Source: a virus (taxonomy: Duplodnaviria > Caudoviricetes). From it: a stretch of DNA of 64,000 bases. The stretch is from IMG/VR virus record IMGVR_UViG_3300030433_002124, positions 24,887 to 88,886 of that record; one strand, written 5' to 3'. Below the pieces are notes generated by a model. That model ran no database searches and was not told the origin of the DNA. It saw only the letters and a program-made list of their open reading frames with translations. The translations under genes were made by a program, and so were the position numbers. This document shows, piece after piece, positions 1-8,578 of the stretch. The first letter of the stretch is position 1; every line of letters begins with the position of its first letter.

Positions 1-2
1 AT

Positions 3-2441
3 CAATTAATTAATGTTTTACCAAATGCAGATTTAAATAATGCATTTGTAACTGGAACAGTTGTAAAAATTAGTCAATATCCAGATAGTCAAGGTAATCC
101 TAGATGTTGGCAAATTGAAACTCAAGATGTATGCAACCCAGAAATAGCAGTAACAGTTACTGATACTTTTGTAGGATGTCAATTCTGTAGTGCAACAGTT
201 TCTACTACAGGATGTACAGATCCAAGCGCATTAAATTGGTGTCCGCAATGTGTTACATGTTTATCACCACTAGGTGTTTTAAATGAATGTTGTATATATG
301 AAGGATGTCCTTTATCTTGTCAAGATCCAACTGCTACTAATTATAATCCTAATAATACATGTGATTGTAATGGAGTAGAAGGAGGAGATGATATTTCTTG
401 TTGTGAATATCCTGCAATAGTTCTTCCACCAGAAGGTATTGAAGTAACTTTTGAAAAAGATTGTACTAATTGTTTGGATTGGGCTACTGTAGATAAAGTA
501 TTTTCGAATGCTGCAGAGTTATGTGGAACTTGTTTTCCTCCTAAAGGATTAACATTAAGAGAATATAATTGTGATCTAACAGATGCAACTGAAACTATTA
601 TACCTCCTGTAGAAGTTCCTGGAGGATGTACAAATCCAGAAGCTTTAAATTATGATGCATCTGCTGAGTGGGATGATGGATCTTGTTATTATACATCTGC
701 ATGTACAGATCCAAATGCTTGTAACTTCGATCCTAATGCAGTTGAAAATAATCCAGATGAATGTATATATCCAGGACAATGTGGTTGTGAAGATTTTACA
801 GACTCATGTGTAGGATGTATGGATTTAACAGCATGTAACTATAATCCAAATGCTACTGTTCCTGATAATAGTTTATGTGAATATGCAAGTTGTTATGGTT
901 GTACAGATCCAGAAGCAGGTAATTACTGTGCAGATTGTATAATGTGTCCAGATGCTGCTTGTTGTGCAAATAATGTACAAGCATGTCTTGACAATAGAAA
1001 TATATATGTATTCTATGATATGACATCTATACTTAACAGCGGTACTAACGAAGATAGATTTCAGGCAGTTATAGACCTTAGAAATTTGGTAGAAGCTTCT
1101 GTATCACAAATATTAACTAATAATGAAATAACTAATTTTAGTGGTAATATTTATCATTTACCTGTAGGAGCTTATTTTGGTGAAGGTAATGTACCTGCAG
1201 GTAATTGGAGAGTTGGTGGTACTGATCCATCAACTTGGATTCCTTATGAAACTCCTGCTAGTGGTGTAACAAATTTAAATAATAGTTCATTGTATTATCT
1301 AGGAGGTAATACAACTAATTTAACAGAAGATTTTCCAGGATGGACTACTGTATTACCTACTGACAATAACGTAAATAGTGAAGGTACAGGTTCTGGTGAG
1401 AGGTGGTTACAATGGATGATGTATCCATTACATGGTAATTCCGCAGCTTTACATCCTAATTTAAGAATACCTTTTTCTAGTGTAACTGGAGTTTGGAAAG
1501 ATACAGGACTACCAGTAAATAATCAAACTAATGAAGAACGTCTTCTTATTAAATCTATAAATTCTAATGGTTTAGATCAAAATGGTAATTATGTAAATAA
1601 TTTACCTGGTACACAAGTTAACCCTTTTAATGATCCACCAGGAGAAGAAGGGTTTAGTGATATATATCATCAATTTGAAGGAGGAGATACTAATGCTATT
1701 TGTATTGCATTTATAGATGAATCAAATCCGGTATATCACACACTTGCTCAACCAGGGGGAGGAGCTTGTACTACAGATATGTTAGTTAGTGATAATTTAT
1801 GTGGTCCTGGTATAATAAATAATACTCAAACAGCCTGTGGTAATGCATCGTGGTATGGTACAGCTCCTGGTGTAGATGTTTTTGATATTTATATTACCGC
1901 ACCTTTTTGTTTCGATCATACTAGATTTACTGAGGCTTGGAATTATGGGTATGATACTAATGGAGCAGCACCTATGACTGTTAAGTATGCTAATGGACCA
2001 ATAGGTAGTGGTTATGGAAATGGTAACTTTAATGGTATTATAATACCTACTAAATTGTCGGGAACTCCTGGAACTGATACAAATCAAATGTTTATCTCAA
2101 CTTTATATGGTTCTATAGGACAAGGAAATCCATCAGAATTAGGTCATATTAGTTGTGCAGATTTTATAGATCTTCCTTGGCCTGATGCAAGAAGTATGGC
2201 TCCTTATACAGATACATATTGGCCTAATCCTTTTTCTTGGACAAATAATTCTATGGTAACTACTGCTTTACATGATGGTTCAACTATTCCTCCTGGTAGA
2301 TATAGTTCTCAAGGATTTAGTTTAGCTAACTATGGAATGACTTTTAAAATACCAGGAGCAGGTCAAGAACTACTTCAAATAAGTCAAGATGATTTAGCAG
2401 ATGCAATACTACAAGGGTTATTGTGTAATAATGGAGGATAA
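3..2441 (+). CDS. Cys-rich repeat (GCTDPxAxNY) virion/adhesin-like protein, 5'-truncated by the window edge
   Basis: The frame of the 474..2441 ORF is open back to position 3 (QLINVLPNAD...). It has about six GC(T/M)(D/N)PxAxN(Y/F/W)-type repeats, then a vWA-like strand (NIYVFYDMTS). It lies at the start of the virion module. Confidence 0.7.
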   Translation, partial: QLINVLPNADLNNAFVTGTVVKISQYPDSQGNPRCWQIETQDVCNPEIAVTVTDTFVGCQFCSATVSTTGCTDPSALNWCPQCVTCLSPLGVLNECCIYEGCPLSCQDPTATNYNPNNTCDCNGVEGGDDISCCEYPAIVLPPEGIEVTFEKDCTNCLDWATVDKVFSNAAELCGTCFPPKGLTLREYNCDLTDATETIIPPVEVPGGCTNPEALNYDASAEWDDGSCYYTSACTDPNACNFDPNAVENNPDECIYPGQCGCEDFTDSCVGCMDLTACNYNPNATVPDNSLCEYASCYGCTDPEAGNYCADCIMCPDAACCANNVQACLDNRNIYVFYDMTSILNSGTNEDRFQAVIDLRNLVEASVSQILTNNEITNFSGNIYHLPVGAYFGEGNVPAGNWRVGGTDPSTWIPYETPASGVTNLNNSSLYYLGGNTTNLTEDFPGWTTVLPTDNNVNSEGTGSGERWLQWMMYPLHGNSAALHPNLRIPFSSVTGVWKDTGLPVNNQTNEERLLIKSINSNGLDQNGNYVNNLPGTQVNPFNDPPGEEGFSDIYHQFEGGDTNAICIAFIDESNPVYHTLAQPGGGACTTDMLVSDNLCGPGIINNTQTACGNASWYGTAPGVDVFDIYITAPFCFDHTRFTEAWNYGYDTNGAAPMTVKYANGPIGSGYGNGNFNGIIIPTKLSGTPGTDTNQMFISTLYGSIGQGNPSELGHISCADFIDLPWPDARSMAPYTDTYWPNPFSWTNNSMVTTALHDGSTIPPGRYSSQGFSLANYGMTFKIPGAGQELLQISQDDLADAILQGLLCNNGG

Positions 2442-2443
2442 GA

Positions 2444-2475
2444 TTTGGAAAAACAAAATATATATAATATATTTG
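2444..2475 (+). promoter_or_regulatory. Bacteroidota housekeeping-sigma type promoter (-33 TTTG / -7 TAnnTTTG)
   Basis: TTTG at 2444-2447, a 20-nt spacer and TATATTTG at 2468-2475, 36 nt upstream of ATG 2512. Matches the established Bacteroidota consensus. Confidence 0.7.
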
Positions 2476-2511
2476 GAAAATTGAATTAATAATTAAAAAA
2501 AATAAATAATA

Positions 2512-2880
2512 ATGGCGACTTTATCACAACAATTAGTTTTGACAAGTACTACAACAAGTACTGATGCGTTGAGTATATCAACAACAGATAGTCTTAGTGT
2601 AACAGAGCCATCTATAAACGTAGCGCGTAAATCAATAGCAACGGGAGGATCGACAGCTGTATTAGCAGCTGTTGCAGGAAAAATAACTTACTTATATATA
2701 AAAGTAATAAGTGGTGTTACTGCTACTGATACAGTCGAGATTGATCTTGGAGGAGCTGGAATTATGAGAATGGGAATAGGAGAATGTTGTTTTTTACCTT
2801 TGAAAGATGGTAAAGCAGTGGCAGCTCAGGCTTTTGGAAATGCGTGTGTTATAGAATATGGTCAGTGGGCTAAGAGTTAA
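2512..2880 (+). CDS. Small Thr/Ser-rich beta-strand structural protein (paralog 1)
   Basis: 122 aa with an AT-rich leader. The first 33 aa are 25/33 identical to the next ORF. Confidence 0.75.
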   Translation: MATLSQQLVLTSTTTSTDALSISTTDSLSVTEPSINVARKSIATGGSTAVLAAVAGKITYLYIKVISGVTATDTVEIDLGGAGIMRMGIGECCFLPLKDGKAVAAQAFGNACVIEYGQWAKS

Positions 2881-2910
2881 TAGAATGTTTAATATAATAG
2901 AATAATAATA

Positions 2911-3279
2911 ATGGCAACTTTATCAACAGCCTTAACAATAACAAGTACTACTACTTCAACTGATGCTTTAAGTATTAGTTTAACAGATACTCTAACTGTA
3001 ACTAATCCTGTTGTGGATTCTGCTAGAGTAGAAGTTACAACAGCAGCTCATACAGAGTTGGTAGCTACTAGTGTAAGTACCATTACATATGCATATATAA
3101 AGAACTTACATACTTCTAGTATATTAGATGTATGTACAGGAGCAGGATCTCCAGTTATATTTGGAGGATTAGGACCGGGAGAATTTATGATGTACCCGAT
3201 AGATGCAAGTAAAGGACTGAAACTAAAAGCTAACACTACTAATATAAAAGTAGAGTATGGTTTATGGACAAAAGGTTAA
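2911..3279 (+). CDS. Small Thr/Ser-rich beta-strand structural protein (paralog 2)
   Basis: 122 aa; tandem paralog of 2512..2880 (shared TSTTTSTDALSIS and ITYxYIK, EYGxW). Confidence 0.75.
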   Translation: MATLSTALTITSTTTSTDALSISLTDTLTVTNPVVDSARVEVTTAAHTELVATSVSTITYAYIKNLHTSSILDVCTGAGSPVIFGGLGPGEFMMYPIDASKGLKLKANTTNIKVEYGLWTKG

Positions 3280-3307
3280 TAGTGTTTAATAATAAAAAAG
3301 AATAATA

Positions 3308-3613
3308 ATGGCAAAAGCAGATAGTCCAGTAACAAGTAGAGCTAAAAAAGAATCTCTTGGAGCTGAAATGAAACTAAAATATGCATTAGCTAAAGATGTA
3401 GATCAAATTGTAAAAGACTTACAATTTTTTTATATTAAAGCTACTGCAACATCAACTACTACTGATTTTGGTAATTTAAAAGTAGGGGATTTAGTAATTC
3501 AAATTCCTGATGCAGCAGCAACTATGCATTATATGACAGTAGCAACTGCAGGTACATTACCAGAAGCTGCAGTAGTAGATGATCTATATGTGGTATTACG
3601 ACCAAGTGCGTAA
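3308..3613 (+). CDS. Hypothetical protein, probably virion-associated
   Basis: 101 aa ORF with an aataataATG leader, inside the structural operon. Confidence 0.65.
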   Translation: MAKADSPVTSRAKKESLGAEMKLKYALAKDVDQIVKDLQFFYIKATATSTTTDFGNLKVGDLVIQIPDAAATMHYMTVATAGTLPEAAVVDDLYVVLRPSA

Positions 3614-3641
3614 TAAGTTTAATAATTTTAAAATTTTTAAT

Positions 3642-4037
3642 ATGGCTAAGAATAGCAAAAAACAAAAGATGACTAATAAAGACTTACTAGCGATAAGTCA
3701 AGGTATTGCTTATATAAATAGCAAAGAAACTAAAGTATGGCATACACTGTCTAAAAATCTAGATCTTATTTCACCTATTGTAACGAGTGTGAATAAAAGA
3801 CATAAAGAACTAACAGATGAGTTAGCTCCAAAAGATGATAAAGGACAGATAAAAAGAAATCAACAAAATCAAATTGATTTTGGAGATAACTTAGAAAAAG
3901 CCAACGAAAGATGGGAAAAAGTAATGACTGAAGAAGTTGAAGTAGAGATCATACCAATTCCATTAGATGATTTAAAAGACTATGGTTTAGATGCTAATAT
4001 GATGAAGCCTTTACTGGGTACGCTAGTAGTTGAATAA
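3642..4037 (+). CDS. Hypothetical helical protein (DUF1617-like assembly chaperone candidate)
   Basis: More plausible start is ATG 3642 (MAKNSKK), which avoids overlap with the upstream gene. Family resemblance judged by eye only. Confidence 0.55.
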   Translation: MAKNSKKQKMTNKDLLAISQGIAYINSKETKVWHTLSKNLDLISPIVTSVNKRHKELTDELAPKDDKGQIKRNQQNQIDFGDNLEKANERWEKVMTEEVEVEIIPIPLDDLKDYGLDANMMKPLLGTLVVE

Positions 4038-4048
4038 ACTATAAGCTA

Positions 4049-4264
4049 ATGGCAAGACGTATTTCAAACTCAGAGTTACGCGAAGATATACTCGATATTA
4101 AGAAGGATGTAAGTGATCTTAAAAAAAGATTACTAGATCCGGATTTGGGAGTCGTGGCTAGAGTTAATAAAAATACGTCTTTTCGTCATAATGCTAATAA
4201 AGTATTATGGTCGATCTGGGTAGCTATAGTAGGTATTCTGGCTAAATTAATGTTTTGGAATTAA
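4049..4264 (+). CDS. Holin-like small membrane protein
   Basis: 71 aa: N-terminal coiled coil, then a single C-terminal hydrophobic segment (VLWSIWVAIVGILAKLMFW). Adjacent to a membrane-anchored spanin-like gene. Confidence 0.5.
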   Translation: MARRISNSELREDILDIKKDVSDLKKRLLDPDLGVVARVNKNTSFRHNANKVLWSIWVAIVGILAKLMFWN

Positions 4265-4275
4265 TATTATATAAT

Positions 4276-4869
4276 ATGAAACTAGATCCGAAATGGATAG
4301 TAATAGGTTTATTAATAGCCTATATACTATTTTTACAAGAGTGTGGATCTCCAAAAGGAGGTTCTGTAATTGAGACCGAAGTGACTACGGTTCAGACGGA
4401 TACTATATATAAAACAAGAATAGATACTGTTAAGTTTGTAGAAACAGTAGAAAGGATTGTAGAAGTAGAGATAGTCAAACCGGTTAAAGTAGAATTGCCG
4501 GATGATGTTTGGGATGAATTTAATATCAATGAGTATAATAATCCATACTCCGATAGTTTAATAGATGGTACTATTTATACTAGAGTAGATGGAAAGTTAT
4601 TAGATCAAAATCTAAGTTATACTCCAAAATTCCCCCAGTATATCATAAAAATAGATACTGTTATGGTTAATACAGTATCCTCTACTGTAAAAACATTAAA
4701 GCCACCATTTACTTTAGACCTGGGGGCTGAAATAGGAGGTAATAGAGATATGTTTAATTTCTCTCCTAAAATAGGATTTACAAGTAAGAGTGGGTTTTCC
4801 TATTCTTATAGATATGGAATATTAAATAAAACTCACAATGTGGGGATAATGTATAAAATTAAATTTTAA
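4276..4869 (+). CDS. Membrane-anchored protein, spanin-like/lipoprotein candidate
   Basis: Start MKLDPKW at 4276. N-terminal TM segment ending in ...LFLQEC, Thr/Val-rich stalk and beta-strand C-terminus ending in Phe. Confidence 0.5.
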   Translation: MKLDPKWIVIGLLIAYILFLQECGSPKGGSVIETEVTTVQTDTIYKTRIDTVKFVETVERIVEVEIVKPVKVELPDDVWDEFNINEYNNPYSDSLIDGTIYTRVDGKLLDQNLSYTPKFPQYIIKIDTVMVNTVSSTVKTLKPPFTLDLGAEIGGNRDMFNFSPKIGFTSKSGFSYSYRYGILNKTHNVGIMYKIKF

Positions 4870-4874
4870 TAATA

Positions 4875-5516
4875 ATGGGACTTTTAGATAAACATAAGAA
4901 AACAAGAGGAGCATGGGGACAAAAGATAGTTCGTTCATCTTCTACTTATGGTAAAAACTTAGATCGAGTTATAGATCAAAATGAATTACTAACAGATATA
5001 GAAACTAAGTTTGCTGCACAAACAGATTTAACTAGTATAGAAACTTCGGTTAATTCTAATACAGCAACTGTTAATACACTGTCTGGTTTAACTAAGACAC
5101 TTATATTTAATGGTATAAGTGCTGCTAATATTAATGGTGTATTTAAATTAATAGAACCTACTACTGGAAAAGCTATTATACCTTTACATATGATTGTTAC
5201 TGCAACAGCAGGTAGTAGTGCTGAGAGTGCTAATAAAGCTTTAGTATTAGCTTATGGTAATGGAGCTAATAATGGGTATGCTTTTACAGCGAGTAAATTT
5301 ATGATGGGTACTGTTAATAATAGAATATATACAACACAAGTACACGCTAATGTAGGAGCTTATTCATTATTCGATAGTTTAGTAGGTCCAAAAGATGTAG
5401 CTTTGTATTTAAGACCTAATAGTGGATCGTTTAATGGAAACTGGGTTCTAAATTCAGGTATTTTAATTTATGCAGAAGTCACTTATGATAATGTAGCTAA
5501 AACGTATTCACTTTAA
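4875..5516 (+). CDS. Putative virion fibre/decoration protein
   Basis: 213 aa: short coiled segment, then an Asn/Gly/Ala-rich beta domain. Structural-operon context. Confidence 0.5.
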   Translation: MGLLDKHKKTRGAWGQKIVRSSSTYGKNLDRVIDQNELLTDIETKFAAQTDLTSIETSVNSNTATVNTLSGLTKTLIFNGISAANINGVFKLIEPTTGKAIIPLHMIVTATAGSSAESANKALVLAYGNGANNGYAFTASKFMMGTVNNRIYTTQVHANVGAYSLFDSLVGPKDVALYLRPNSGSFNGNWVLNSGILIYAEVTYDNVAKTYSL

Positions 5517-5525
5517 TTTGTAACT

Positions 5526-6665
5526 ATGATATTACAATATACAATGCAGGGACAGCTGGTTGGTCGGTACCAAGATGTTTCTGAAGCTTCAACAAAAACC
5601 GATATAGATAATGGGAGTATACATAAAGTACTCCGAGGAGAAAGAGCTACAGCGGGTGGCTTTATGTGGAAGCAGGAAAATGAAGTAAATGAAAATGTTA
5701 GTTCTAATGAGCTTAAAGAAGCGATAAATGCTCAAGGACTAACTGAAGATGAAGTTAAGTCAGTTAAAATCTGGCAAACTATGAGCGGTGAGACACGTTA
5801 CTCTATAGTAACTAGAGATGGTGGTAAAGCTGCTCAGAAATTTAAAGATGAGTTCTTTGAAAAACTGAAAACAATAGCTCCGGCTGAAATAGATCGTAAA
5901 TATACTATGGTCGATAATAATCCTATAGTATATGAAATATCTTTACCAGATATACATTATGGTAAAGAAACTAATGAAGATCTTAATACAGGTGAAGTGC
6001 ATTTTATGAATTCTGTAAAAGAATTACATGCACGAGCAAAAGGATTAAATATACAGCGATTCTTATTACCAATAGGAAACGATGGTATGAATTCAGAAGG
6101 TATGAGAAAGACTACAACTAAGGGAACACCTCAAAGTGATTCTGTAGATTGGCAAAAGTCTTTTATTGGGTATACTAAATTAATTATAGATGCTGCTAAT
6201 TATTTAGCAGAGTATGCTCCGGTAGATATTGTTATAGTACAAGGTAACCATGACTTTGAACGTATGTTTTATGCGGGAGAAGTTTTATCAGCTTGGTTTA
6301 AAAATGATAAAAATGTAACAGTTGATAATGGTTTAGATAGTAGAAAATACTATGAGTACGGAGTAAATATGATTATGTTTACTCACGGTGATAAAGAAAA
6401 GGCTGCTGATATGCCATTAATAATGGCTACTGAACAGCCTATGATGTTCTCGAGAACTAAATTTAGAGAAGTTCATTGTGGACATTTACATAAAGAAATG
6501 GTAAACGAATATAGAGGAATTAAAGTAAGATTTATTCCTTCTATATGTGCAAATGATTCTTGGCACAAACTAATGGGTTATGAATCTTTGCGATGCGCAC
6601 AAGCGTATATATGGAATAAGGAAAAGGGATGTGAAGGTTACTTACAAGTTAATATAGATAAATAA
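5526..6665 (+). CDS. Calcineurin-like metallophosphoesterase with N-terminal NUMOD1-like DNA-binding motif
   Basis: Motifs LPDIHYG, GNDG, QGNHD, FTHGD and CGHLH. N-terminal ILQYTMQGQLVGRYQDVSEAS...IHKVLRGERATAGGFMWK resembles NUMOD1. Confidence 0.8.
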   Translation: MILQYTMQGQLVGRYQDVSEASTKTDIDNGSIHKVLRGERATAGGFMWKQENEVNENVSSNELKEAINAQGLTEDEVKSVKIWQTMSGETRYSIVTRDGGKAAQKFKDEFFEKLKTIAPAEIDRKYTMVDNNPIVYEISLPDIHYGKETNEDLNTGEVHFMNSVKELHARAKGLNIQRFLLPIGNDGMNSEGMRKTTTKGTPQSDSVDWQKSFIGYTKLIIDAANYLAEYAPVDIVIVQGNHDFERMFYAGEVLSAWFKNDKNVTVDNGLDSRKYYEYGVNMIMFTHGDKEKAADMPLIMATEQPMMFSRTKFREVHCGHLHKEMVNEYRGIKVRFIPSICANDSWHKLMGYESLRCAQAYIWNKEKGCEGYLQVNIDK

Positions 6666-7420
6666 TGGCACTAACTTTAAATAAATTGGTTTATGATATT
6701 AAAAACATTGCTTATGGTGGCATAACGTCTGATGATGCAAAGATAAGTGATAGACAGATTGCATATTGGGTAATGCAAGAGAGATCTATGCTTTTATCTC
6801 AGATTATGGGTAGAAAGATGAGAGTCGCTGCATCATGTATAGAAACGTTAGAAAGAGTGTTTTTAGAACCAGTAGATAGTGCGGAAGCTTGCGAAGTGGA
6901 TTTGGGAATTCATGTACTAAAATCCGTTAAACCTATTCCAAGAACTGTACAACGAAATGAAAGAGATAGTATACTAGCTGTAGAATCTTTGGACGGGCAA
7001 AGAGCTTTTTCTGAGACTACTGCGTTTAGGACTAAGTGGAACAAGTATAATAAATATACAGGTTCTAAGAACAGGTGGTATATTAAGGATAGTTATCTAT
7101 ATGTTATATGTGACTTACTAATTGAAGCCGTCAAAGTCACGGGAGTCTATGAAGACGCTGAGGAAGTATGGATGCATAATAGATGCTTAACTGAAATGGG
7201 AGGAATAGATTCAGAAAACTCTGACTATTTGAATACTCAATTTTTTGATTGTGAATACTCTTGGGATGAACCTTTTCCGATTTCCATGACTATAGCAGAA
7301 AATGTTACAAGTATTGTTTTACAAAAAAGAATGCAGATAACATTAACTTTACCTAATGATGAAACTAATAACGCTAAAGGAGATGGAGAGCAAAACATGC
7401 AAGTCCCTGCAGGTAAATAG
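6665..7420 (+). CDS. Tail ring/tubular protein (crAss-like)
   Basis: 251 aa. MALTLNKLVYDI...SDRQIAYWV...R start and PFPIS...D near the C-terminus. Sits before IHF-like, ring and muzzle genes as in crAss-like gene order. Confidence 0.65.
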   Translation: MALTLNKLVYDIKNIAYGGITSDDAKISDRQIAYWVMQERSMLLSQIMGRKMRVAASCIETLERVFLEPVDSAEACEVDLGIHVLKSVKPIPRTVQRNERDSILAVESLDGQRAFSETTAFRTKWNKYNKYTGSKNRWYIKDSYLYVICDLLIEAVKVTGVYEDAEEVWMHNRCLTEMGGIDSENSDYLNTQFFDCEYSWDEPFPISMTIAENVTSIVLQKRMQITLTLPNDETNNAKGDGEQNMQVPAGK

Positions 7421-7829
7421 TTGCACTTTAAAAAGTGCTTATAAAAGTTATGATGACTTTTATAATGTAGGATATAAAAAATACAGAGCGATCTGTGAAG
7501 ACTTTAATAAGAAAATTATTGATGATATTCTTATGAAAGCAAAAGAATTTAAAATGCCTTATAGGCTAGGAACTCTTAGAATAAAGAAAAAGAAAATGAA
7601 TTATTCTAAGAAAAATAAATTAAAAATTAATTGGGTTGAAACCAATAAACATAAGAAAGTTATTTATCATTTGAATGATCATACTGATGGATTTAATTAC
7701 AGATGGTTTTGGTCGAAGATAAATGCAGTAGTAAAGAATAAAAGTGTATATAGCTTTCAGGCTACTCGTACTAATAAAAGACGATTAGCTGCATTATTAA
7801 AAAACAATGAAGTAGACTATTTTGAATGA
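7356..7829 (+). CDS. IHF/HU-like protein (crAss-like tail-module IHF homolog); start uncertain
   Basis: Basic protein with EFKMPYRLGTLRIKK, an IHF-like beta-arm motif. Conserved position between ring-protein genes. Confidence 0.65.
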   Translation: MMKLITLKEMESKTCKSLQVNSCTLKSAYKSYDDFYNVGYKKYRAICEDFNKKIIDDILMKAKEFKMPYRLGTLRIKKKKMNYSKKNKLKINWVETNKHKKVIYHLNDHTDGFNYRWFWSKINAVVKNKSVYSFQATRTNKRRLAALLKNNEVDYFE

Positions 7830-8578
7830 TTTATAAATATGTATCAGTATATGAAATAATAGAAGGAGTATATAGAGACTCAGGTATCCAAGAAGAACTT
7901 GACATTTGGGATGTAATCGAATGGGCAGGAGAAGCATTAGAACTTATTGGGGCTGGAGTATCTTACGTAGAATTAATAGGTGAACTATGTGTACAAGATC
8001 ACAAAGTTAAATTACCTTGTAATTTTCATTCATTAGAACAGATTTCATATAACGGTATTCCACTATCTCAGTGCTCTGGAACATTCGGAGCGATTTCAAC
8101 AACTTCTGGAAATGCTACTAAGAATACTATTGATGGTAAGGAAGTAGATGCTACTAACTTTCCATTAACGGATTCTCAAACTACAAGCGGTAATTGTTAT
8201 TATATAAATGATAATTTTATTGTTACGTCTTTTGACAAAGGATGTTTATTAATATCCTTTAAAGGTATAAATGTAGATAAAGAAGGTTTTCCTATGATAC
8301 CTGATAACATTAGTTATAAAAAAGCTGTAAAGGCTTATATACAAACTATGGTAGATAGAATATGGTGGAGAAGAGGATCGTTACAAGAGGGTGTATATAG
8401 AGAGAGTCAAAGAGATTGGGAATGGTATGTGAAACAAGCAAGAGGATCGGCAAGTATGCCTAATCTAGATCAAATGGAAAATCTTAAGAATCAATGGGTT
8501 AAATTAAAACCTAACATGAATTCTTCAAGAACATTTTTTACTGATCTGGCTAGTCCTGAGCGCAGGAAAATTAACTAA
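7826..8578 (+). CDS. Tail ring protein (crAss-like)
   Basis: 250 aa with EWAGEALELIG, KLPCNF, YINDNFIVTSFDKG and GFPMIPD; directly upstream of the muzzle gene. Confidence 0.7.
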   Translation: MIYKYVSVYEIIEGVYRDSGIQEELDIWDVIEWAGEALELIGAGVSYVELIGELCVQDHKVKLPCNFHSLEQISYNGIPLSQCSGTFGAISTTSGNATKNTIDGKEVDATNFPLTDSQTTSGNCYYINDNFIVTSFDKGCLLISFKGINVDKEGFPMIPDNISYKKAVKAYIQTMVDRIWWRRGSLQEGVYRESQRDWEWYVKQARGSASMPNLDQMENLKNQWVKLKPNMNSSRTFFTDLASPERRKIN

